A stretch of DNA of 64,000 nucleotides, from the NCBI GenBank assembly GCA_048772705.1, contig JBLWGC010000205.1:62001-126000 (forward strand). Reading direction: 5' to 3'. The notes beneath the pieces are model-generated. The model saw only the letters and a list, made by a program, of their open reading frames with translations, made no database searches and was not told the origin of the DNA. How positions within the stretch are numbered: the stretch's first letter is position 1; each line of letters opens with the position of its first letter. The translations under genes and the position numbers were made by a program. This DNA is from Leidyana gryllorum EB-2025a (Eukaryota > Protista > Apicomplexa). This document shows positions 21,977-33,891 of this stretch, piece by piece.

Positions 21977-24052
21977 CGGATGTAGATCGAAGCCGACCGC
22001 CTCCGGCGCCGGCACCCGAGTTGGCTACCACCACCCGCTTGGTGACACCAGCTCAGCGCACAGCAATATCCCCAGGAACCTTAACGCCGCCATGGAAACC
22101 CTCCACAGTGCCGTCTCTCTCCACCTGGTCCTCGTCTCACAAGGCAGCACGGAGCAGCTTGGGCACCTCTGTGCCGCCCACGCCCTCCTCGTCGCTCGGC
22201 GGGAAGCCCAGAGCCCCGCCCGCCACCACTGCCGTCCTGCCGACCAGCCGCAGTGGGGGCAGCGCCATGCCGCCGACTGGAGGTCACCACCGATTCGGTC
22301 AAGCGGTCTTCAAGGGAAAGGAACCGCTACCGCCCGACGCACGCGTCCGCAGCGTGACCACTCATGCGGGCCAAGATCAAGTCTTGGCCGAGTATGTCGT
22401 TGAACATGAGATCAAAGTCCCCAAACGCACCACGCGCGAAGATTGGATCGAACGCACATATGTTGTCCCCGAACGAGTTTTAGTCGAAGAGGTCGTCGAG
22501 GAAGCTGCCAGAGTCGTCGAACGCGTCGTAGAAGTCGCCCAACCCGTTGTCATGGAAAAGATCGTCGAGGTCCCGGAATTCGAATACATTGAAAAGGTTG
22601 TCGAAGTCCCCCATAAAATCGTTCAGGAGAAAATCAGAGAAGTACCGCGAGTAGAACTTCAGGAACGAGTCATTGAGGTCCCACGACTCGTACCCAGGGA
22701 AAAAATCGTCAATGTACCCGTCTATGAGTACCACGAATTCCCCGTCGAAAAGATCGTCGAAGTTCCTGAAGTCCGAGAACAAGTTCTCGTCAAAGAGAAA
22801 CCGGTCCCCCGATATGTCGATCGCCCCTTCCCTCAAGAACGAACAGTCCAGGTCGAGAATGTCATTGAGAGACGGACACCTGTTCCCGTTGAAGCAGTCA
22901 CCTATTTGCAACTTCAACTACCCAGAATCAGACCCGTCTATCAACAATTAGAAGTTCCTGTCTACGTACCTCGGTTCATTGAAGTACCCGTTGCCGCCGA
23001 ATTCTGCGATGAGGAGTTCCTGGGTAAGTCTCATATGCATCTCAACAATGGGCGCGAAACACCGAATACCCCCCGTTCACGCATTGTGCAACACGTTGTG
23101 CAACAAGGTGTGCAACTAGGTGTGCAACAAGGTGTGCACTTCAAGTCGGTGCAAACAGACTTGTAGTGGTGGCTATGCTCCCCACTTCGGATTTTGTCTT
23201 CTTTGATTGATTGTTGCGGTTTCTGCAGATAAAGCGGATCGATGTATCCAGGAGGTGTCGAAATTAGTGACCCACCGTGCTGGTGAGGCCGTATCAATGT
23301 GTGCAATGGAGGAGACGGCGGGGCTGGTTCAAGGCTATCAGTTTGACGAGATGTTATGTCAGCAGAGGTTCGCTGAGAATTTTGCACATTGGTGGCAGTC
23401 GAATCAAGTGACTGTTGATGAGATGAGTTTGCGATCGATCTGTCAGACGATAGATCGTGAAGGGGGAATGGTGACGGAAGCGGTCTCGGTAGTGCGGCGG
23501 AGTTCCGTGCCAATGACGGCCAAAGCGACGAGTTTTACGACCACAACGGCAGGCTGTGACTCCAACACTCGCCTAATATCAGCAGCGACAACGTCGCAGC
23601 TGCCGCCTCAGGGCGATGCCTTGCGCCACAGTCGACCGCCGCTGGAGAGCGGGACGGTGTCGACGGAGACTCGGAATTCATTGGGCAGCGGGCACGATGT
23701 GGAGTATCACTTGCAGCAGCACAAGCAGAAGAAGGTCCCGGAGGCGAGGCCCCCCGAGTTTCCGACGATGCAGAGAATTTCTACGGAGGATTTAGGCGCC
23801 CCTTTGCCGCTGAACAATCCTCCGGCGTTCGGGTCGACCAGCAGCGTTGAGAGCGAAGCTCCGGAAGACGAGGAGGAGATTGTGCGCCATACTGAGGCGG
23901 AGGAGCAATTAGGGCACGAGGGCGACCAGGAGGAGGAGCTGCCCGAGATTTCTGTTCTAAACGACGGAGGAGTGCCCGGGAGCGCTCATACCACTCCTTC
24001 CACTGACGGACGGATAGAAAGTAGTGCTTATTGTGAGGAGGCAGCTAGTTAG
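21973..24052 (+). CDS. Alveolin / inner membrane complex (IMC1-family) protein
   Basis: Val/Pro/Glu/Lys repeats EKIVEVP, EKVVEVP and ERVIEVP, plus the family C-terminal motif VPVYVPRFIEVPV. Intron at about 23024-23229. Confidence 0.88.
23085..23138. repeat. 12-bp tandem repeat (GTGTGCAACAAG-like) in alveolin intron
   Basis: tgtgcaacacgt tgtgcaacaagg tgtgcaactagg tgtgcaacaagg tgtgca. Confidence 0.85.
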
Positions 24053-24174
24053 AGCCTTTCTTTACACATAATTTTTCCTTTCGTCTTGATGCAATCCCTT
24101 GAGAGGTGAGCGCCGCCTCCGTCAGCAGAAACACACTATGTACCGCAGAAGTCGGAATGATGATTACCCCCTGA

Positions 24175-25407
24175 ATGACTCCGGCGTGGACGGCTCCGCC
24201 TTCAGTGATGAGGAGCTCGAACCAGAGGTACTGTGCCCAAAAAAGGCCCAAACTTCCCCAATTGCCTAAGCCAATACAGCTCACGTGGATTGAATGGTAC
24301 TGCCGACTGAAAGAGAACCGCTTCTTCGTCGAAGTTGAAGAGGATTACGTCAGAGACGATTTCAATCTCACTGGTAATAAACATTGAAGCTCGTCGTGCC
24401 GAACGACTATACAAATGCTCACCCAATGAGGGCTACCCCTCGCTGGCGAAGCGCTGCAGTGTCGGGTGTCCGATCTCAATTGCATTTGGACCTTCTTGCA
24501 TATCGCCCGCCCCCCTTTCAGGTTTGATGCCTTTGGTCCCTCATTACCACAAGGCGTTGGAGAGAATCCTGTCGGACGGGGAGGACAATGATTTCAGTGG
24601 TCCCGAATCTGGGTCGGAGTCGGAACAGACTTACGATGCCTCAGCGGCTTCCCTTTTCGGATTGATACACGCGCGATACATATTAACAGCCCAGTGAGCA
24701 TTTGGACGTTTCAAAGTCCACTCACTCACTCACTCACTATACTCGCAGGGGTCAAGCGATGATGATGGAGAAATACAAGGAAAGGATATATGGCGTATGC
24801 CCTAACACTAAATGTAGAGACCAACCGGTGATGCCGATCGGACTCGCGGACGCCCCAAAGATGTCTAAAACTCTGTTGTATTGCCCCAGATGCAGAGTAA
24901 GCAGCTCTTCAACAAAGTTCATTCAATACCAATGAACAGGAAATTTACTACCCCAAATGCGCGAGCCTGAGGAATATCGACGGCGCCTACTTTGGAACCA
25001 CCTTTGCCCCTCTCTTCTTCACCCAATATCCCCATCTGGTAAGCTGACTCACTGACTGACTCGCTGACTGACTCGCTGACTCACTGACTGACTCTGTGGA
25101 GTCAGCGTCGTTATGTATGTGTTTGTGTGCGTGTGTGTGTGTGTGTGGCGAGAAGTGTGTGGTACGGTGTGTTTGTGCGGCCCACACAGTGTGTGGCCGG
25201 GTTGGTTAGATTACGCGATCTATTTGTGAGAATTGTGAAAGTTGGATCTCTGTTGATTCTCTTGCGAGTCTCGCTTGTCTGATCTTGTTTGTGCAGGTGG
25301 ATCAGGACAGGTTTCCGGATTACTACATTCCTCGGGTGTTTGGGTTCAAAGTGAGTCCGGAGTGTCGCAATCCTGAGCGCGAAGTGGAGGAGGTCGGTAG
25401 CGGGTGA
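24175..25407 (+). CDS. CKB: Casein kinase II regulatory (beta) subunit, multi-exon
   Basis: WIEWYC...FFVEVEEDYVRDDFNLTG, LFGLIHARYILT, zinc finger CPNTKC...YCPRC, IDGAYFGTTF and YIPRVFGFK. May end at 25503 if a final intron at 25404 is spliced. Confidence 0.92.
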
Positions 25408-25502
25408 GTTTGTTTGTTGTTGAAAAGGTGATTGTGAGATACAAACACGTGCAGAACGGGTGGACGATTGTTGGCGAAAAAGACAACTCAGGCTATTCGG
25501 TG

Positions 25503-28500
25503 ATGTTGGACACTACAGATGAGCAGTACAAAAGGGAGATGGAGCAGAAGCTGGTGATAGCAGACGGAGCAGTGTCGAAGCCTTTGGGGTGTCGTTCGGA
25601 TGCTCCGACCATCACAGCGGGAGGTGTTCGTGGGGGGGGTCACCCAAGTGTCCCGGCATTGCCATTGTACAAGATCAAGCCGATGATAGGTAGTGGCAGA
25701 ATGTGTCGCTTCAACTTTGGTCTGCAAGTCAAGGGGACCGGTCAGTCTCCTGGTTCGCTTTCGGCTAGTTCTAGCAGTTCCTGGTCAGAGGAGAGTCCCC
25801 AGACTGCAGGGCAGGACTTTAACTTGCTCGGCCAGTCATCGTCGAGATCTGCCTCGCCATCACCGGCATCAGCAGAAATCAGTCTCATTAACGCTTCCGA
25901 ACAACAGCAACGACAACAGTACACAGATAGTGAAATCGCACAATTCAGTCCTGCGACTCCCCCGAGTTCGGGTGCTCAGGCGGCGGAGCAGCAGCACATT
26001 GAGATCACCAATGTGGATCTACTCGGATCTTATCGTTTACCGCCCGGCACGACATCCAAAGTGGTGTTGAACCTCGCAGGTACTCCGGCCCCGGAAATGG
26101 GGTGTTCAACCAGTCCGGCTCGCAGTGGCGACGTCAACGGATCGGGCGACTTCTGCCCCTCTTCGGCTATCGAGTCTGTCGGTGATGGTGCCGAGGACGT
26201 CGACCAACAGGGAAAAGAGGCACTGTCTGCTGAGGCACCGTCTTTTGCTGAGGCACCGTCTTTTGCTGAGGCACTGTCTGCTGAGGCACTGTCTTCTGCT
26301 GCCGCAGTGCCCGCGTCTGTCAACAAGACACCCGCGGGAGAACCGGCATATCACCCGTTTCTCAGCAATGAGGTGTACGGTAAACTGATTACGACTCCGT
26401 TACTGCATCGATATCCGTTCCAAGCGTCCACCTTACAGCCGAACCGTCAGTCGACTTTGGAGAAACTGATCGAACAGTCCCGTATGATTCATTTCGGCCG
26501 TCTCCAACAACAGCCGCCGACGACAGAGAACACCACAGTGGTTCCGTACAGAGGAGATGGGACCGCTCGGCTGTTGGATGAGTTGTTCACCGCGCGCGCG
26601 CGAGTGAGAAACTACTTTGACCACACTCAGCAAAAGGTCGACTTGGATCGGGCGTTCGAAACACCGCCGGAGGATCCGTACAAAACTTGTCGCGAGTCTC
26701 CGAGCACTTTGATCTTTGATGCGAGAGAAGTCCTCCGAGACCTGCCGACCTATCAGCACGTGACCAAACACTATCGCGAGATCCTCGCCTACAAACATCG
26801 GCACCCGACCGTACATTTGCCCAACCCCACTCTGCGGGTGCGCAGAGAACAGCTCTTGCGGAGGCCCGACGGCACTCTAATGACTCCCGAGGAATACATT
26901 GAACGCGAAACCCGGGGCCTCCAGCGGGCCCTGAAGGGTTTCGCGACCGCTGAACGGGAGCAGCGATACACTCGGTCCATCGAGAAGGTCGCGGAGAACA
27001 CCATTGTCCCCCTCCAGGCGAAGAGGGAGAAAATCTTCAAAGAAGAGGGATGGGAGGCTCCACAGTATCGAAAGATCCCGAAAATGGCAGCGTTAGGCGC
27101 TGCTGAAGCAGAAGAGGGGGAAGGCGAAGAGAGGGTGGGGACCAATCGTTGTGCGCGTCCCCGATTCAGGTCAAAGTACGAAAACGCGCGAATTGAGGAC
27201 GAAGATATCTCCCATCAGTATATTCCGGACTCTGATGGAGAAGAGGACATTGTGTACTATCAGGAAGACGCGCCCCGCGACTTGAAATTAAAGTACACCA
27301 CCGGTCGTGCGCGGATTCCATACAATCTGTCAGATGTCACGGACGACATTGAATCGGACGAGGAGATCTTTACGCCGCAGAAAGATTGGAGCTCCCGGGC
27401 CCGAGAGAAGATTACGAAATCGATCCGAAACTTTGTGAAGGGGGGGTCGTCGTGTTCGAGTGGGCATTCCGGCGACCTATCGGACCCGGTCGCGTACTTG
27501 CGGCACCTTGAGGTCGCCGCGAAAGAAGCAGTGGACAGAGCCCGCGGGGCTTTGGAGGATAACATCCGTTATGCCAACTTTAGAATCACCAATGACCTGC
27601 GAGACAGAGAGAAGTACGCCTCCCGACGCGACCGGTCTGAATACTTCTTCATGAATTGCCTCCGCATGATGAGGCGAAAAATGCGAGAAATGTTTCAGGC
27701 CGAGAATCCCCATCAGGAACAGTATATCGCGGAACTTGCGGATGCGTACGCCTTTCACGCGCGAGTTCATCAGCGTCAGGCAAGACTCGCAGTCGAACGC
27801 ATTCTGAAAATCGATCGCCGCTTCAAACATCACATACACGAGGCTCTCATGGCCGATCACAAACACTGTTACGCCCTCTGCGCCGCGATGGCAGCCTCGA
27901 TGGCCGCAACCAAACAACGATGCGCGCATGAAAAAGTCTCGGGGCTCACCAGCCAAATTCAGGCGGAACGGGACATCAATAGACTCGCAGAAGAGTACAG
28001 CCTACCGACAGCCAGATTTAAGGTCACCTCCACCGTCCTTCCGCTACCCTCCAGCAGAAAGTGTTTGGACTCAGCGACGGCTAACAATTCAGCCGCGGGA
28101 AAAGGGGCCTTAGGCGGCGTTGGCGGCACCACCAACAGACATTCGCCCAGAAATAACCCGATGATTCAGTCAGCCAACACTCAGCAGCTTCAGGACGGGG
28201 GGGCTTCGGGCAAAAACTCAACCGATACCGCTGTCGACACTCTCGGCGGCAGTTTCAATAGCTGCACGGCACAGCTCAATGACGTTCTCCTCACATCGGG
28301 GTGGTCACCGAGCATTATGACCCACAGACCCGTCGTCCACGACCGGACCATCGAAAACCGGTTCGTGGACACCCGCCGTACCGCCACTGAGCCGTTTAAT
28401 GCCAACTGTGACGCCGACGACGAGTCCGGGATAGTCAGCGGCGCCGATGAGGACACCACCGCCCCCGCCCCCATACAGTCCGAAGATATCAACTTGACCA

Positions 28501-29420
28501 CTGTGATGCCGCCCACCACCATCCCCGAAACCGACCCGGCGGACCTCCCAGAAGAAGAACCGCAGCAGCTTGGTGCTGATAACCGGTCGGAAGAGGCCGT
28601 TGTCAACGAGACGGTCATCGACGGGGTGGCCATCACCGAGGCGGTCGTCAACCAGGCGGTCATCAATGTGTTGGCCGTCAACGGTGTGCCCATCAACGTG
28701 GCCACCATGAACGCGGCAGTCGTCAACCAGGAAGACGTCAGCAATGAACCGTCGCCTCCACCGGCTCCCCTCTTTGGGTCTGCGACTCCCGAATCCTCAG
28801 ATCTCAGTCTGGAGGTTCCCTACCACACTGTCGTCAAACGCCGCCCGAACCGCGGCAAACGACTCCTCGAGTGGTTCAAAAGGAAACTCGTGAGAAGTCA
28901 CCGTCGAGCCGCTCACAACTCCACAGTCGGATTGGATAGAGCCGCGCGCCCAACGCTCAGACTGGAAGCTGATGAGAACCGCTACACACAGTCGTTCAGC
29001 GGTCCCGACCCGTGGTGTTCCGGTGGCTCGCGAGTGTTCCCAGAGGTTCGCGGACTCAAACTCAGAGGAATTGGAGACGTCTCAGAGGTCGACTCGTCGT
29101 CATCTCCGCCTCTCTCCCCCAGAATTAAGCTCGACGAGACTTACTACGCTTCGTCGTCCTCGTGTGACGGGGAATGCGAAGACCCGGCCGAGATTGCCGC
29201 AAAACTTGAAGCCGAAATCAACGCAACGCTCCCCGGATACAAATGCGAAGACCACAACACCACCATACACAGACCCCTCGAAATCCCAACAGAGAGTGAT
29301 GAGCCCACTACTGAAGATATCATAGCTTTCACGCAACCGCCGCCGTGGTTCCCGCCCAGGAACAATGATAAGTCACGGAAAAAACTCCAAGCATTCTTCA
29401 GGAGATGGCGACGATGCTGA
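25503..29420 (+). CDS. Large intronless hypothetical protein (about 1300 aa) with helical core and low-complexity repeats
   Basis: Uninterrupted 3.9-kb ORF with first ATG at 25503. Contains AEAPSF/AEALS repeats and a 5-residue AVVN-type repeat. Confidence 0.7.
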   Translation: MLDTTDEQYKREMEQKLVIADGAVSKPLGCRSDAPTITAGGVRGGGHPSVPALPLYKIKPMIGSGRMCRFNFGLQVKGTGQSPGSLSASSSSSWSEESPQTAGQDFNLLGQSSSRSASPSPASAEISLINASEQQQRQQYTDSEIAQFSPATPPSSGAQAAEQQHIEITNVDLLGSYRLPPGTTSKVVLNLAGTPAPEMGCSTSPARSGDVNGSGDFCPSSAIESVGDGAEDVDQQGKEALSAEAPSFAEAPSFAEALSAEALSSAAAVPASVNKTPAGEPAYHPFLSNEVYGKLITTPLLHRYPFQASTLQPNRQSTLEKLIEQSRMIHFGRLQQQPPTTENTTVVPYRGDGTARLLDELFTARARVRNYFDHTQQKVDLDRAFETPPEDPYKTCRESPSTLIFDAREVLRDLPTYQHVTKHYREILAYKHRHPTVHLPNPTLRVRREQLLRRPDGTLMTPEEYIERETRGLQRALKGFATAEREQRYTRSIEKVAENTIVPLQAKREKIFKEEGWEAPQYRKIPKMAALGAAEAEEGEGEERVGTNRCARPRFRSKYENARIEDEDISHQYIPDSDGEEDIVYYQEDAPRDLKLKYTTGRARIPYNLSDVTDDIESDEEIFTPQKDWSSRAREKITKSIRNFVKGGSSCSSGHSGDLSDPVAYLRHLEVAAKEAVDRARGALEDNIRYANFRITNDLRDREKYASRRDRSEYFFMNCLRMMRRKMREMFQAENPHQEQYIAELADAYAFHARVHQRQARLAVERILKIDRRFKHHIHEALMADHKHCYALCAAMAASMAATKQRCAHEKVSGLTSQIQAERDINRLAEEYSLPTARFKVTSTVLPLPSSRKCLDSATANNSAAGKGALGGVGGTTNRHSPRNNPMIQSANTQQLQDGGASGKNSTDTAVDTLGGSFNSCTAQLNDVLLTSGWSPSIMTHRPVVHDRTIENRFVDTRRTATEPFNANCDADDESGIVSGADEDTTAPAPIQSEDINLTTVMPPTTIPETDPADLPEEEPQQLGADNRSEEAVVNETVIDGVAITEAVVNQAVINVLAVNGVPINVATMNAAVVNQEDVSNEPSPPPAPLFGSATPESSDLSLEVPYHTVVKRRPNRGKRLLEWFKRKLVRSHRRAAHNSTVGLDRAARPTLRLEADENRYTQSFSGPDPWCSGGSRVFPEVRGLKLRGIGDVSEVDSSSSPPLSPRIKLDETYYASSSSCDGECEDPAEIAAKLEAEINATLPGYKCEDHNTTIHRPLEIPTESDEPTTEDIIAFTQPPPWFPPRNNDKSRKKLQAFFRRWRRC

Positions 29421-29559
29421 ATGTGCGTGCCAATCTCAACATATGTATACTCCACCTTTTCGCAGAACACTCAATATCAACGTCTCCAGCTCACCAGCAA
29501 GGATCAAAGCATTCTTCAGGAGATGGCCCCGAAACACTCGAATATAGATTTTTGCATAC

Positions 29560-32187
29560 ATGGATGAGATGACTGAGAAAGAGAATGCACCACGAAGGAT
29601 GACCAGTAATCACAGTGACCCTCCTTCCACCGCAGGACTCTCAGATATTAACAAACTCTTCATCGAACCCGATCAATGGCGAAAGGTCATAGATGATCAG
29701 ATTATCCTCCGCGACCAAACCGAAACAGACCCTTGGCAGTCCGTAGCCGACGCCTGTAAGCAGAAGAAGATCGAATCATCACATCTGTCCACATACGTCA
29801 TCTATATATCCCTCGTCTCTGTTCGTCGGCATTCGTGTGTGTGCCCGTCCGTGTGTACCCGTCCGTGTGTACCCGCCCGTGCGTACCCGTGCCACACACC
29901 CGAACACACACCCCCTCCACACATCCCCACACATCTCCACACACCTATGGCACTGACTGCAGTTCAAAGTCTTATGGAGGAGAATATTAGTCTAAAGCAA
30001 CAACTCGAGCGACAACGCGAGTCTATGACGCTGAGACGGCATCCAAACTATGCTGACGAGGCCTCATGTGTGGGGTCACTTGGAGAGAGAGACTCGCGAC
30101 CCCTGATGCGACACATCCAGGGTTCGAGCTGGACGAGGGTCGAACAGGCTGCTCTCGAAGGGTCTGTCACCAATTGCTCGGCCGAATTCAGAGGTATCGC
30201 TTGATACTCAGAATGTGTCTATCATTACTCTACCTGAACCCCAGTTCAGATGATCAAGTTCCAACGCAAGATCGACCCAGGGCAGCCGCCTATCAGCTCG
30301 ATGACCAGGGGCTGACTGACGTAAGGCTGGGAAAGGGGATCTGTTGAACCAATCTGCAATGACAACAGCTCTCGCGACGGACTACGGCTCACGATCACAA
30401 CAGGATAAACAGTCTATTGGAGAATGTAGTAAGCTTGTGTCTGCGGTTGCGTTTGCGTCTGATGTGGGGTGGCCCCGTGACAATGTGTGTGTGTTCGAGT
30501 GAGTGCGTGTTGGGTGGCAATCATTGTGTGTGTGTTCGAGTGAGTGAGTGAGTGTTGGGTGGCAATCATTGTGTGTGTGGACAGAACCGGCGGATGTCAT
30601 TGTTAGAAGAGTATATTGCGGACTGCGGGGTACCGGTGATGCCAAGACGTGGTCTCAGTGGCAATTTACACAGGTTAAATAGTGACAGTCGGAAGATGCC
30701 GTCTCCGCCGTCACAGTCGCCGATGATTTTGATCGGACACCATCGGCGGATCGATAATCTGAATGCCTCCGAGATGGGTATTGATGAAGAAGAGTTAACT
30801 TCGCAACCCAGCGATGCTTTCTATGCAGCTGCACATCGCCCGCTTCGCCACGATCCGGTCCCCCGTCCACTGCAAAAGCTTTACGAAGTCCGCGTGTGGC
30901 AGCCTTACGACACAGTTCAACCAGAGATCGAGTTGACGCAGCACCCGCTGTTGCCGCCGTCTGATTTGATTGTGAGTGTCAAAGGCAGCGACAAGTTGAG
31001 ACTACTTGAAATCCGCACCGGGCCCTCTGACTTTGCTGATGAGGACTCCGGTTTGAGTGCCGCCCCCACTTTTGGTCACACTGTCTCTCGGATACCTCTG
31101 TCCGGCAATTTGTGTGCGGTTCAGCCACTGCGGACCGATCTGAGATGTCTGCTAGCCTTGGAGACGTCTGAATCGCCTCGAGGCTCCTTTCTCGGGTTTG
31201 GACCCAAAAGCGCTCCAGTGGACCAATGTCGACTCTGTCTGGTGGATTTGGTCACCCAGACGGAGATCACCGCCACTCCGTCCATCGAATCGGCCTCTCC
31301 GCCTATCGTGGTGGGTACCACGGCGTCCTGGCAGACATACTTCTCCTTTCACGCGGGCGAGGGTATCGTCCGCTTTTGGGACGTCCGCTGCGGACGCAGA
31401 CCCATAACCGCCCAAACCGACCTCGGACTCGAAGGAGCTCCAGCCAAAGCTGCTGCATATCATCCCGCGACAAACTCCCTTCTTGTGGCCCACACACGAG
31501 GTACACCTTTGAGGCCGGCACGCACACACACACATTCACTCTTGTCACTTGTCGGCCGCAGGTTTGGTCTCAAAATGGCAGGTCAACTATCCGACGAGGG
31601 GTACTGGGCTGTCATTTAGTGAGAGTTTCCGGTTACCGCACGAGATTGGAGGATTGGCTCTGTTCGAGATGCCCCTTACGGGGAACGTGTCGTGTCCAGC
31701 CGGACCTTCGGGATCAGCTGGCGGGCGAGAGGCCAGTGCCATGTTGGCGGTGACTACGTTGGAGCCGGGCTGTTCCCGTTTGATATTTGTCCCAGTGTAC
31801 AGCGGTGGTCGCGTTGGCGGTGGTACCAAACCTGCTGAGACTTTTGACTCTTTGGTAATCGGGTCAACGCAGCTGAGCTGTACGCCAGCGCTGAATTTCC
31901 AGCCGCCGTTGTTGGCTATTTCGTCTGTGGAGGAAATGGGCGTTTGGAATTTGTCGACCCGAGGGCAGATTGCGGGAACTTCGATATCGTCGGCGGCTGT
32001 CCCGTTGCCGACGACACCCGTAGTTCAACGATCTATCGGCCTCTCTTTGCCTTTCCAGCGCCTGCCGACCTCCAAGCCCGCCGCCGCGGCGGCCGCTTAC
32101 CCGCGGGTGGTAACGAGTATGCGATGGGTGGCTGACAATCGGTTGGCTACAGTGGACTCTTACGGGGTAGTGCAGTTGTGGAGTTAA
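29560..32187 (+). CDS. ATG16L-like protein (N-terminal ATG5-binding helix, coiled coil, degenerate WD40), multi-exon
   Basis: Splicing 29756-29962 gives WRKVIDDQIILRDQTETDPWQSVADAFQSLMEEN, which is ATG16 AFIM-like. WD-type ends GIVRFWDVRCG and RLATVDSYGVVQLWS. Confidence 0.6.
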
Positions 32188-32218
32188 GGGATGTTGTTGT
32201 TTGCGTTTTGTGGTGTTG

Positions 32219-33866
32219 ATGTGCGCTACACGAGACCACCCGCCCCAAGAGAGTTGGACAGCAGCCACAGCTGCCTTAGTAGAACGATTTCTCCTCGAAG
32301 GCGGGGGTGACACCACGCCCGTTGGACCTCAAACCCCGCGACGCCCTGATGACACACCCCCAACAGCACCAGCAGGTCCCAGCAAGAGACGTCGGATGAC
32401 CATCACACCGACAACGGCTCCGAGCACAGACGGAATCGGTATTGATTGGTATCAGCGATACGTCCAGGAGAAGGTGAGACAGACCACTTTCTCTCCGACT
32501 CGTTCCAATTGCGCTAAGTGTAGTCTCGGGCAGACCGCCTCGCAATAGCCAGCAGAAGACTTATCGCGGAAGTTGACAGAATACACAATGTCAGTGAGTC
32601 TCTCGATCCTCTGGAACGAGCGGCTTTCACTCGAGTTCGGAGTCTCAATCAGCAGTCCAATAATCAATCCGCCAACAACGACGCCACTGCCCCCCCTCCT
32701 GCCACCGCTGCCCCCGATGCCCGCCCACAACAACAGTTCCGCCAGCCGTCCCCCCCCTTATCGACCTCGCAACAGATCGCCAGTCTACAGCTCTCATGTC
32801 GAACAATGGCATTATTGCTACAATGGATAGCGGGTAAGCACTTTCTTCTTCAAGTAACAAAAAGTGAGAGAGCCGAGGAACACACAGGCACACAGCCACA
32901 CAGTGTGTGAAGTGTGTGAAGTGGTATTAACTTTGAGGGGGGCTCCTCACGTTGAGCTGTTTTGCAATGCGCTATTCTCATCAGATCGACGGCTATGTGA
33001 GCAATGTGACGACGAGCGATGGCGGGAGCTGATAAAGTGCATTGCTGCGCAGTGTATATCTCTCCTGCCACCGGGTGACACTTGAGAGCATGCGGGTCAA
33101 CGAAAGTGTGTCACAATTGAATATGGCCAGCTTATACAAGCGAACACGCGAGACCACTGATGCTCTGATGGATCGCGGTATGATGAGTCTCACCCGTCGG
33201 GCCATTATAAACAAAGTTGGAGAAGAAGGATTGCGCTACATGTCGAGCGCCGAATGCATCTTTCGAACCAAAATTCGAAATAGGATCTGCGACGGCCTCG
33301 ATCGCGACGGTTTGGAGGGCTATGTGCCGAGTCGGACAGTGATGATTTGGGCCTTTGGTCACAATGAGCTTCTGTGGCCTGTCGCCCACGATTCTGCTAA
33401 TAAGTCATATCGTGTGTGCTACGATGACACGCGAATCCAAGCGTCCTCTGAAGACAATCCCGTCTATCCGGACTTTGACTGGATGCCTCTGAGCCCCACA
33501 GAGCTCGCTGAAAGGGAGCGGTTCCAAGGAGTGCAGCGGCAAGAGATGATCGACCGCTACGGCTCAAACCCCGAACCCTACGGTGACTACTTTAAGGATC
33601 AATTTCGGGCCACCACGGCAGCCGTCCATTCCTCGGCGCAAAGTGTGCAGAGCTCTTTGACATCGAACGCCTCCAAACTCAAAAACGTGTTCAAGAGAGC
33701 TCACAGCCGATTTATGCAAGGATTCGAGAATGGGCTCCAACGAGGTAACCGCCAACCCCGTCCTCCGGAGCCGATGGACTCTCCGCCTCCCCCCACGAAA
33801 CCCCAAAAGTCACCACCAACACTCCACACGGTGCTACTGGTGACCACAGAAGTCACCATTGACTGA
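32219..33866 (+). CDS. Hypothetical multi-exon protein with possible B-box-type zinc finger
   Basis: VCEVCE...ELFC...DRRLCEQCD pattern near 32900-33010. Long terminal exon 33042-33866. Exon structure uncertain. Confidence 0.45.
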
Positions 33867-33891
33867 CGGATGGCAATAATAAATTTTGGCC

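Noticed and set aside
25404-25503. Fusion of CK2 beta with the 1300-aa ORF
   Set aside because: Neither read-through nor the obvious splice (25404 to the CAG near 25454) joins the two frames.
29805-29815. ATATCCCT as a U12-type (AT-AC) splice donor
   Set aside because: A canonical GTAAGC donor at 29756 gives the correct phase and a better protein.
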